Below, in pieces: positions 22,060-33,430 of a stretch of DNA of 64,000 nt. Under the pieces are notes generated by a model that worked only from the letters and a program-made list of their open reading frames with translations, was not told the origin of the DNA and did not search any database. The DNA is taken from positions 1,674,001 through 1,738,000 of the forward strand of contig CM121341.1 in assembly GCA_051530055.1 (NCBI GenBank), read 5' to 3'. The DNA is from Neoechinorhynchus agilis. Its lineage: Eukaryota; Animalia; Acanthocephala. The position numbers and the translations under genes were made by a program. Numbering within the stretch: position 1 is the first letter of the stretch; the number at the start of each line of letters is the position of its first letter.

Positions 22060-25000
22060 TAACCAGGTTCTCTTGATAGAAACAGCAGAAGGTGATCACA
22101 AGGACATTCAATCAACATTGAATCAAGAAACGCCACTATCACGGAGTGACCGGACTACTTCCAACAAAACATGGCGGTTGGAACGGAGCGTCGAAAACAT
22201 ATAAATTGTGGAGAAATTTTCAACATTTGAAGCAATCCACCGAAGATCATCCTTCTATCGACATTCTGCTATTCAACATCGGAGCGGACGTGTACGAATT
22301 GATCGAGGGGGAAACAAGCCTGGATGATGCTTTAAGAGCAAGGCTAAAGCGAGCATAGATCGATTCGTACAATCCCTGAGATCCCTAGCAAAGAATTGTC
22401 AATTCAAGGCTGTTTCCGCGGATCAAGCAAGAAATAATTTCTTACGAGACGCATTTATTTCTGGAATTCGATCGAATACGATTCGGCAACGTCTACTCGA
22501 GAACGAACGGTTGGACTTCGACAAGGCGATCGATATTTCCAAAACAATGCAGTGCACTGTTGACAGCTTGATACACTTCAACCCAAACTTGGAAGTCGCT
22601 CCGGTTGGCGCGCTCTCATCGGAAAATCAGATCTCTACTTCAACTGCGGAAATAGTGGAATGTAACGCTACCTCACGGAATCCGAGAACCATGAGACCTC
22701 ATGTAGACGACCGATGCTATTTTTGCGGAGGACGACGACATCCAAGATCCCGATGTCCGGCTAAAAACGCAATATGCCGTACTTACTCAAAGTTGGGACA
22801 CTTTGCCAAGGTATACCGTACTGGCAAGAAATCAGGCGCGAACTGCGTATCATCCATCTTCCTGGCAACTAGCTACAGAGATTCTGACATTTTTGGTAAA
22901 GATCATCGCGTTCAAATCAAAATTGAACTTCACGGTAACCGTTTGAGAGCTTTGGTCGATGCCGGTAGTGTTCTCAATTTCATCAACCTGAAATCTGTAA
23001 AAAGATTAGGAATGATTTACGAGCCGGCTAATCTAAACGTTCGGATGGCTGCAGGGGATGTCTCAAGGAAAGTACTAGGTAAGTGCCGGATTGGGATGCG
23101 ATACGAGCAACGAACCTACAACAATATTGAATTTTACATTCTAAGCGACCTTTGTATGGAAGTCATCCTTGGGATTCCTTTTATTCGGCTACATTCTGAA
23201 ATCTACTTAACAACGAACGGATCCATGGAACGGTTAGATCTCCACTACGTTTCCAGAATCTCTCGGAAGATATCAAGCCCGTCGCAACGGATCTGAAATC
23301 GATAAAATGATACAAGAAAACATAATCGAGGAAGCGAATTCGCCATGGAGAGCCCAGATGAATGTGGTAAATCGCGATAATGGCAAGAAGCGACTCGTCG
23401 TCGATTTTTCAAGAACAATCAAAAAGTTTGCCTAATTGGACGCTTATCCCTTGCCGAAACTGAGTGTCATTGTCAATGAAGTTGGCAAGTACAGGTTCTT
23501 CAATCACATCGGCCTAGCAAACGCCTATTACCAGGTATCGATCAGACATCATGAAAGACGCGTGCGAGAAACTTTATCGTTTCACCCGTATTCCAATGGG
23601 AGTGACCAACGGGGTCGCTGCCTTCCAGAGGTTTATGGATAACCTGACCGGCGGGCACGATTTGAAGTCTACATTTGCTTACCTGAACGATATCATAGTT
23701 TGCGGCTCGACCAAAGACGAACATGATCAAAATTTGAAGCGTTTCAAGACCGTCGCGATGGAAAAAGGACTAAAGTTAAATATGGAGAAAAGCACATTCT
23801 GTCAAGAGACCATCAGGGTACTCGGTTACGAAATCGGTCATGGTCACCTGAAACCGGATCCTTCTCGCTTAAAACCATTAGACTAACTTCCGATCCCGAC
23901 GAACAAAGTTATGCTGAGTCACATGTTTGGATTTTTCGCTTAATACAGTCGGTGGATCTCTCGATATAGTGAGAAGATTCAACCACTGATCGCTACTGAT
24001 ATCTCGTTCCTTCTTCAACAAATGGAAATCGAAACCATAACGAGACTAAAGGATGATATCAAGAATGCATCCATGAGCGCAATCACGGAAACTGGTGAAT
24101 TCGTCTTGGCATGCGATGCATCCGATAACGCGATTGGCGCCGCTCTCGTCCAACATAGTCGACCAGTGGCATTCTTTTCGAGGACTCTATCCAAATACGA
24201 GAAACGCTACCATATAATCGAGAAGGAAGCTCTCGTACCGGTTGAATCAGTAAGAGAATGACGATATTATCTGACATCGCGCCGCTTCACTATAATCACT
24301 GATCAACGATCGGTCTCGTTTATGACGAGCCAAAAAAATATGGGAAACGTACGAAATGATAGAATCTTAAGGTGGAGGTTCGAGCTCTTAAATTTTTCAT
24401 ACTATATTCAATATCGGCCTGGAAATGAAAACTTATCGGCAGATGCCCTTCCTAGAAATGTATGTGTTGTATCCAGAGTATCCCTCGATCGACTGAAGGA
24501 AGTTCATCGATACTTAGGTCATTCTGGTAGTTCTCGGCTATTTCACTTCATTCAACAGAATAATCTACCTTACACCCTTAACGAAGTTTGACAGATCACC
24601 TCCGATTGCCGCGTATGTTGTGAATTGAAGCCGCGTTTTTTTCAAGCCTCAAGACAACCTAGAGCTGATTAAAGCAACATCACCTATGGAGAGGTTCTCG
24701 GTGGATTTTTAAGGTCCCTTACCAACGTCTACTCAGGGACAAAAATACCTGTTCGTCGCTATCGACGAATTTTCACGTTTCCTAATAGCATTCGCATGTC
24801 GGGATACGTCCACTGAAATCGTCAAATCCTGCCTGCAGCAAATATTTGCCTTGTTTGGCTGTCCGGCTTATATTCACTCTGATCGAGGCGCTTGTTTCAC
24901 GTCCCGTGTTCTTCGCGATTGGCTAAAATCTCTCAAGATATGTATAAGTCATACTACGTCCTATCGACAAGAAGCAAACGGGCAATGCGAGAGACTTAAC

Positions 25001-25520
25001 GCCATCTTGTGGAAAACTATTTTGGATTGTATTAAGAGACGGCGGGAAATCAATAACGACCTGGCACCACGCGCTTATTCTGGCACTCGCCTGTATAAGA
25101 TCATTATTATGCACCAGCACCGATAAGACGACTCATGAAAGAATGTTCAGTTTTGAGAGGAGAGTTCCGCTAAATATCACCCTTCCTCAATGGTTACGTG
25201 ATGGAGAATCTGCGTGGCTCAAGAGCGGCCATCCAACGAGCGAAAACGAACGCTCGACAAAAAAGGTTAATCTGGTCGAAGCCAATGAAAAATATTCAGT
25301 TGTGGAATATCCTGACGGTCGCGTTGACAAAGTTTCCACCTAACTATTAGCTCCTACCTCCCGCTCATCCATTGATGCGTCAATTGAAGATAAGGATTCA
25401 ACAAATGATTCGAACGTCGATGTAAATACTGCTGACTCTCCTTCGAGTGAATTAACGCATCGCTCCTGCCGATTTTCTTCAAGAGACCTGTCGAAGGTTG
25501 TTATAGAATATCGACTCAGT
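22060..25520 (+). mobile_element. Near full-length degenerate Ty3/Gypsy element (gag, PR, RT, RNase H, IN)
   Basis: Zinc knuckle CYFCGGRRHPRSRC, protease ALVDAGS, RT DAYPLP / IPMGVTNG / AYLNDIIV, RNase H LACDASD, integrase IHSDRG and EANGQCER. No LTR pair was identified. Confidence 0.88.
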
Positions 25521-25919
25521 GGCATCACCATTATTTACAGACGTTACTATTATATTCATTATAACGTTGTCAAAAAAACTTATTTCAAAAAACAAAACGC
25601 CTCACGCCTTTTGAAACGAATTAAAATAATCTCCGCATTTAGTATTTTTTACTAGAAAGCAAACTAAACGCGAATTTGCCTTGTAAATGTAGCAACGCCA
25701 ATATTACAATGCTCGATAGAGTTCGATCTTCACTATCACCCCACGGGAACGGCGGAAAAAGTACGGGAACCTCGTTGGGTTTTTGTGTTTTTTTAAAGCT
25801 AAATTTTCACACGCGTCCCCTAAAATTTAAAATTTTTGCGACTTTTTATGTAATAAAAGAAACCTGTATTTTTTGTTCGACACGCAATAATTAAAATGTG
25901 AACGTTCAGAACTTTCTGT

Positions 25920-27333
25920 TTACGAATGTGAGATTTCCTTGCTTTTGAAATCGACAGTTTCATTATCCGCATAACAGTCAAAAGCATTTTCTGGCACAGA
26001 TGCAATAGCTTCGGTTACAACACTGACGTCTTTGTACCTTTTTCTGAATCCCTTTATGGCTTTTTTGTCAACTAAATGGATTCCATCAAGTTGATTGCCT
26101 AGCGTAATCCAATTGTAATGTACATTATGGGGGCGTCCGAAAAGTTCAATTTTACGTGTTCCGGGGGATAATCTTTCTATGATTCCGTATATTTCATCTG
26201 GCTTCCTGCTGGTAGCCCGGACTTCGCTAACAATGACATCACAGTCGATTCCGGGGTAGAACTCGTCGAATTTCGAAGTCGCCAAATTCCCTTTGACTGC
26301 AACTAGACAATGTTCTTTTCCGTGGTTCAGCCAATGACCAGTCCGTCCAGTCCTTATAATTCTCTGGAGCTGGTTAGTCTTTACCCATGCAATTTCATCG
26401 ACTCGTGTATATCCCCATATCTTTAAACATTCTCGTCCAAGTTCCATTGCTCGACCAGTGACCCAAAGAAAGATATATCCTTCATCTTGCAAGCTCGGAA
26501 TATTCAATGCCCGCATTTCATCGTCGGCCATTGTTCCATAGGGCAGTTCCATATGAATGTCCCAGGGAGGATCAGCCATGATAATTGAGAACTTGCCAAG
26601 GCAACTAAGATCGAATTTGCGAATGTCACATTGTATCCATTGGGGTGGAATTCCTGCCACGGGTTTCTTTTTCCGCCGCATGGGTAAATCTTCAATCTGA
26701 TAATGAACGTATTTACACGATGCTACGTGGAAGCAGGTATTCAGAAAGGAACAGTGTCCGAGACTTGTATCGGTGTTGGGATTAACGATCCGATGAAAGT
26801 GAATCTTTGGACAGTCATTGGTACACTCTTCTCGAGTTTGGTTCCTGCAAAATTCATGGATCTGATCTATAAGTGGAAGAGAGAGACGAATAATTCAATC
26901 GATTAATCAATTCAAATACCGCTTGTCTTGGACTTCTTTACAGCCAAAAGTTGCTTAGCGGAAGGAGTTGTCAAAATCTTCACTATTTGCAACTCGGTAC
27001 TATTTCTTTTGTTTATCGACTTCCTTGACTTACTCATCAAATTATCAGACTTTTGAAGGTTTAGTTTGATCATCAAAAAGTTAACGTACCGATAAATCGT
27101 ATAGATTGCTGATCGCTTGACCAACAAAGTGCGGAATGCGAGATGATTGCCGATTTTTAAAGAATAGTTTAACCGGTCTACTACCAAACGTACCTATGTT
27201 TCATTTCGCAATGAAATAAAGCTTTTAAACTCTTACTTTTAAGAAGACTCCGTCTTTTACGACCATTTTCGCGAATTCTGACCTTAAAATCATCAAATTG
27301 ATCTTTAACTGCCAAAAGATCGTCCTGCAACAT
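25920..27333 (-). CDS. METTL3: m6A methyltransferase catalytic subunit (MT-A70 family); exons 27333-27237, 27193-27090, 27049-26920, 26866-25920; about 425 aa
   Basis: Catalytic IMADPPW, LWVTGRA and GRTGHWLNHGKEHCLV, two CCCH-type fingers (EFCRNQTREEC...CPKIHF; CSFLNTCFHVASCKYVHY) and an N-terminal leader helix. Three GT-AG introns of 43, 40 and 53 nt restore one continuous frame. Confidence 0.93.
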
Positions 27334-27938
27334 CTAAAGAACCCTCGATTTGATCTTGAGAAACAATTCCACGTTCAAATACACGTCATAATTTTTTTAC
27401 TACGGAAGAACGCATGACAAAATCGATTCCTATTTTTACATTTCGGTTTTTCTGTGTCGGAAATACAAATAACTGATTCAAAATAAGAATTTGAAAGTGA
27501 GCGTTCCGAAATATCGGGTTTAATGGGTTATTTCAATTCTCCGTCTTAACAAAACGTCCGCATCATTGGAATCAAGTTTACTGGTGTCTTGATTTTCAAT
27601 CTTTAATTGAAATCTCACGGAGCGCTGTTACTCAATAAAAAAATTCTTAACTGTATCTTTTTAGTTGATTAGGGAAATCACAACAAGTCCTAAAAACGCA
27701 ATACGACATTTAAATCAATAACCCTTCGGACGATTTTAGAGAAAATCAGAAGGTATGTTGTTCCCCGAATGTTAGTGAAGCTGAGTATTATTGTGCCTCT
27801 GTTTCAAAAGATGTTTTTCCCCTCCTAAAAAGTATAAAAACTGGCTTCAAAAAAGAAAATTCATCATTAAAATTAAAAACGAAGCTTTAAAAGAACTTTC
27901 TAAATACTTATTATTAAAAAATATCATTTAAAGCACGT

Positions 27939-28665
27939 GTGGTCAATATTCACAAGAGTGAAAGATCACTAAATTTGATAGCTTCATTAACATTAGATAA
28001 CACCATTGAAAATCAGCGCATTAGATATGCTCAAAATGTTTTATCATTTCGTAACAACTTTCGAGCAACACAGATTTAAATATCGTGTCTTTTATGAACT
28101 TGAATCCTAAAACTAAGTGTCAAAATTTAACAAGCCCCATCAAACCGTTATTGCAGGTGAATTCAGCGTAAAAAGTAGATCTAGAAAAGTTAATTTGATC
28201 TTAAATTTAATGACGTTTTAATATCAATAATCAAGGTAGTTGGTCTCAAAATGTAACAACGAATAACTCAAGAACAATGATAGCTATTGAAAATCTGAAT
28301 ACAGATTTGGAATCTGAGCGTTAAGATGTACTAAAGTAACTGATTCCGTACACTACAGCTGTAATATTCGCATCGGAAATCGCATTATCATATTTTGCCA
28401 AAATTCACAAACGTGAAAGATAACCAAATTTGCAAGATTCATTAAATATATATAACACCGTTGAAATCAGCGCATTAGATATGCTCAAAATGCTTTATCA
28501 TTTCGTAACAACTTTCGAGCACCACAGATTTAATTCAGGTGTCTTTTATGAACCTCATTCCCTGAACTAAGTGCCAAATTTAACAAGCCGCATCAAACCG
28601 TTATTGCAGGTGAATTCAGCGTCAGAAGTAGATCTAGAAAGGTTAATAAAATTAATTTGATCTTA
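27939..28665 (+). repeat. About 450-bp satellite, about 1.6 units
   Basis: Same unit as 4381-5904. CACAA(G/A)GTGAAAGA recurs at 27951 and 28406. Confidence 0.9.
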
Positions 28666-29600
28666 GAAGTGAAGAAGTCGGACAATACGGACGAAATATT
28701 GAATTAATAAAATTAATCTTTTAAGAAGTACGTTCATCTGGACCATTGGTACTGTTGAAAATCCGCTGAAGCAAACGCATTCCAAATAAAAGAACTTTCA
28801 ATTCCAAAGGTCGGAGTGGGAAACGAAAATCCTCATTTTGTCTTATCTCCGCCTCCAGACGAACAAAATATTGAAATAATTAAATTAATCCTTTCAGAAA
28901 TATGTTCATCTGGACCGTTGGTATCGTTGAAAACCCGTTGAAGGAAACGCATTGCAAATAAAAGAACTTTCAATGTTTTGTACATTCCGTAAGATTAAAT
29001 GGCTTTACAATCCACAATCGCCGATGATGCATAATCAAAAGAAACTCACTGATGAGTCCCGTTTTCTCGGGATTTACCGAATGGCTCAGGACATACCGAA
29101 ATCGATTAGCCGAAAGCAAAGAAATCAGCAGTGTAATAATTACTTCAACGATTAAAATTTAACCGGCATGTCACACACAAACGATAAAATTAACGGTCTT
29201 GGGTTTTTTGAAGTGGTTATTGCGCGGCTGATTTCTTGGGCACACATCCATTTGATTTTGGTACGCCCTGAGCAATTCCGTCCCTCCCATTTCCTTAACG
29301 GTCGCCGATGACTCATAACCAAAATGGATTAAATATCGCTAAGGAGGGAAGGAAACTCACTGATGAGCTCCGCTTCCTCGGGTTGTATCTCAAGATCCGT
29401 AGGAATAACCTGCCTGACCAATGAATCGGTGGGCTGTGAGTCCAATTAAACTAATAAGCCGTGTAAGGGATGCTCACTTGAATACTCAAAAAAGCAAATC
29501 CTTATATTCATACAAATTTCTTTATTCTCAACGGCCAATTGTAACACACTCAAGTTTTATTGAAGTCAACCTTGCGAATTTTCAAGGCCTCAGCCTGCTA
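28666..29600 (+). repeat. Dispersed ~0.95-kb segment, near-identical to 52658-53625, containing decayed hammerhead motifs
   Basis: Direct alignment by eye (identical 67-aa ORF starts at 28952 and 52946). GTGAAGAAGTCGG..CGGACGAAATATT near 28669-28701. AAACTCACTGATGAG at about 29042 and 29353. Confidence 0.85.
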
Positions 29601-29735
29601 CTCAAGCATCTAAAAATGGAAAGTTGGTAGCCTCCATTTCTAGATGCTTGGGAAGGAGGCTGAGGCCTTGAAAATTCGAAATGAAGAGTTCAATAAAAAT
29701 CGAATGTGTTACAATTCGCCATTGAGAATACACAT
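29520..29735. repeat. Foldback palindrome built from an 87-bp module, centred near 29622
   Basis: AAGCATCTAAAAATGGA-AAGTTGGTAGCC-TCCATTTCTAGATGCTT, with arms extending through GGCCTCAGCC/GGCTGAGGCC and GCGAATTTTCAAG/CTTGAAAATTCG. Confidence 0.85.
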
Positions 29736-30075
29736 CCACTCGAAGGAACAATAGGATAGAATATTTCTTTATGAAAAATCTGGTTTATTGCGGATATGAC
29801 TAGAAATTATCCACGTAGTTGGCATATTGCAAACCAGGGCAATCCACTAATTGAACCTCGTTGCTTCAATGTTTTTAATTTAAATCAGAAATATACAGTT
29901 GAATATCCTAACAAAACAATTATATTGAGGAATACGAAAAAAGGCGTTCGAACTTTTAGGTAAAAATCAATTTTACTATCGTTTACCGTTACGCACTTTC
30001 CCCAAACATAAAACCTGTCAACGAATGTGAGTTTTACTATATCCTAAGGAGCAAAAATCGAGATTACAAGTCCTT

Positions 30076-30525
30076 TTAAGTTTTTTTACGAATTTTTCCT
30101 TTTTGTGGACTATCAGAGGCATCCACTAATTGATTAGCACTTTTCCAAGGAACGACAAGAGCGTTGTAGGCAACAAATAAGAAGCGAGCTGGAACGAATA
30201 TCCACAATATCCATGCGTATATGGTTACCATTGTCAATGAATGAACAGCCAGATTCCATATAATCACGTCCTTTAAGAAATCACCAATAAAAGAATCCGA
30301 CAGATCAACGTTATGACTTGATGCCGGATTTCCTAGCCATCTTAGGAATAAAAACGATAACCAACAAGTTATCGCGGTTGAACCATAGATACCTTTTTCG
30401 AACGGTGTTACTCCGGCCTTGAAGTAGGTGGATCATCCAATTTGAAGCACCAACAGTAAACTGTCAATGCATGAGAGAATGAGGTAAAACTCTGCGAACC
30501 TCGTGCCGGGTCCATCACCAGTTTG
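30076..30525 (-). pseudogene. TMEM208: TMEM208/SND2-like membrane protein with one in-frame TGA (30435-30433) and no clear start codon
   Basis: Frame reads EFYLIL...VDLSDSFIGDFLKDVIIWNLAVHSLTMVTIYAWILWIFVPARFLFVAYNALVVPW. This matches the TMEM208 pattern KFYL...DLN...EHLKDVI...WLLAPGRALYLLW...PW, with a basic tail. Confidence 0.7.
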
Positions 30526-30715
30526 TTAATTATTAAAAGACGTTTAAGACTTTTGAATAACTAACAAACTGAGTTAATGAACCCGACCAGAGTACAAACG
30601 TCTTTAACAAATTTTCCAAAAGACATCATTTTTCATTTATGATTAATTTTGAGTTGAATAGTTGAATGTGGGATAGTTTGTAACCTATTATACAATGGTG
30701 CCTTGAAACCGATCA

Positions 30716-31148
30716 TAATTGCGAATTTTCAAGCCTCAGCCCTTCGAGTGGATGTGTATTCTCAATGGCGAATTCTAACACACTCGAGTTTTATTGAACT
30801 CTTCATTGCGAATTTTCAAGCCTCAGCCCTTCGAGTGGATGTATATCCTCAATGGCGAATTGTAACACACTCGAGTTTTACTGAACTCTTCATTGCGAAT
30901 TTTCAAGGCCTCAGCCTCCTTCTCAAGCATCTAGAAATGGAGGGTACCAACTTTCCATTTTTAGATGCTTGAGAAGGAGGCTGAGGCCTTGAAAATTCGC
31001 AAGGTTGACATCAATAAAACTCGAGTGTGTTAGAATTCGCCATTGAGAATACACATCCACTCGAAGGGCTGAGGCCTTGAAAATTCGCAATGAAGAGTTC
31101 AATAAACTCCAGTGTGTTACAATTCGCCATTGGGAATACACATCCACT
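30716..31148. repeat. Larger foldback palindrome (about 195-bp arms of tandem 87-bp modules), centred near 30946
   Basis: GCGAATTTTC recurs at 30721, 30808 and 30895 and is mirrored as GAAAATTCGC on the right arm. The loop is the reverse complement of the 29622 loop (1 mismatch). Confidence 0.9.
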
Positions 31149-32548
31149 GGTTTTGGTATTTGTGGCATTAAACAATATGCCGAAAACTAAATGAAATTTC
31201 TAAAAATATACGAGATGAATGCCAAAATTCTGTCAAGAAGCATTCTAGGTTTGTCGCCGAAAAAAGGCGCGTTTGAAACCATAAAAGCTTCAAAAAAAAT
31301 GAGAAAAACGGGTTTGAAACTTTCAACCTCGCAAAATATACAGAGAGAAAGCTTTTAAATAGTGATGACCCCAGAACGTATTTCTTTATGGAGAAAGGTG
31401 ATATTCCAGCGTGAAAATTTGTTGTTTAAAGTTTTTTTGAATGGAAACCACCCTTTTAATCGAATTGCAATTCTTGTCTGACACGAGAATAAAAGACGTG
31501 ACTTTGAGAAACCGAGATGATTTTAGTAGAATTTAGCGATGCGCTGTTTTCGATGAATCATATCAACTTTGTATGAGCCAAATGCACAAACGTTGACTAA
31601 TGAGCAAGCATACCGATAAAAGCATCGGTATTGAAAAGTTAACAAAACTTCAACGCGATTAATGAAACCAGAAAGCACAGCAAATGATAATCCAATCAAT
31701 GCAGGAGGATACACGATAGAATACCTCCTTAACCTTCAAATGTCCGCAATTGATGAAGCGGTGTTAGCGAAGGACGATGAAATTGGACTGAGTGAACTTG
31801 TCGGACAAGTTGATGTCCTGAATCTTTTGAGATTCCGATTCCGTCAGTTGTAACATCTTCAGCTAATCGAGGGCATTGGGAGCACAAGGCTACTAGAATT
31901 GATGACTGGGAGCGGGCTTATGATAATGTTCCCGGAACCGAGCGAATTCGCCCGGGCGGTTTTGATTTGAGAGAGAGAATCGTGAGGTTCAAGGAATAAA
32001 CGAAAAAACATCCCAGTGATATATTTTAATGGGTATTTGAAGGGATTTATTAATGAGACATCAATATAATGGAAATTTCTAATTGAAGTCGCTACATGAA
32101 GCATCTTGACATTGTATCCACATCGGCGATATTGGTTTTTTTTTAATTCGTCAGAAATATGTTTCTTAGGAATACGCGTGGGACTTGTTCAAAATTACTT
32201 GTAAGTTTTCTACTATCTAAACCCGTTTTCCCACGCATTTATCTCGCCCTCATCAAAACAAACCATGGACAGCATATCTACTCCAAGAAAGACCGAAAGT
32301 AGTCTTTTTATATGAGGGTAATGGACTCAAATGACTTCAAAAAAAGCTGATATTCTCATCATCACTAAGTCCAATTATCACACTTAAACATAGTTTCCGT
32401 GTATTTCACATTGACTAATAAAACCGATAAATAAACGAGAAAATGTTAAAAAAATTCTCTTCCAGTAATCATTTACTGTTCGAATCAAAAAATTTTCTAA
32501 ATTGTGGGTAAGCAACAACTAGCTTGCTACCTTCTACCCATTGCTTTT

Positions 32549-33430
32549 CACACAGTGAGTCTTTGCCAGACGAACTCCGCTCGAAGCTGTTCAGGACTCT
32601 AATTGAGAGCATTCTCTACTACAATGCAGAGACCTGGACACTGTCACCAACGGCGACGATGCAGTTGGACCAAAATCATTCATCTCTCTTACGTGCGGCG
32701 TTCAAGCTCAGATGGTCAGTAAAGTGACCAACAAAGCACTGTATAAGAGAGCCGGAGTCCAACCGCCCAGTAAATATTTGCGCCACAGACGACTGCAGTT
32801 CACGGGCAATATAATTCGGTCCGAGGCATCTTGCCCACAGGTCGTGCAAGAGTCCCTTTTCTGGAAGCCAACGACATTGTATCGTAAAGGCAAAGGGAAC
32901 TGTCGTGCATACGATGACCTGATTTTAAGAGACGCGAATTGCCCGCATAACAGGACTGCTGTCGTGTATTTTAGATCCCTTGCGGAGTCTAATTCTATTT
33001 GACGGGCTTATACCTACGGTGCAACGTAAATGGCATTAGAGAATTCACCATTGCTGGTATCTATCGCCCTCCTGCCTCTCGTCCTGAGTCCTCTTTACGT
33101 AAACTGGTTTCCATGATGGAACTCATAAACTCTGCAAATTTACACCATTTCTAAATTGCAGGGGACTTCAATGATCTATTTCTTCCTCTACCATTCTCCG
33201 AGTTGCGTCAACTTATTAATTTCCCAACTCGTCTTGACGCTCACCTCGACAAAGTGTTCACAAATATCAACGCCCACTATTCCGCCCTTAAACTCCCTCC
33301 CCCACACGCGAACTCTGATCTGATTCTTTTGCTTTTATCACTCCCTCAACCCCACCTCAGCGTTTAAAATCTCCCCGTTTACCCGTCTGGAATAAACGTG
33401 ATCATCACACCCTAAAATTTTATAAAATTG
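32549..33430 (+). mobile_element. RTE-like RT 3' fragment (32549-33002) followed by an L2-like APE fragment (about 33037-33430)
   Basis: LFRTLIESILYYNAETWTL...LRHRRLQFTGNIIR. The APE piece is the same family as 16063-16545. The block is duplicated at 43109-43980. Confidence 0.8.

Noticed and set aside
30433-30435. Alternative genetic code (TGA = Trp)
   Set aside because: METTL3 reads through many Trp positions in the standard code with no internal TGA. Stops in the transposons are of mixed types, consistent with decay.
31500-32110. Possible spliced gene in moderately GC-rich unique DNA
   Set aside because: No consistent exon chain or recognisable motif was found on either strand.
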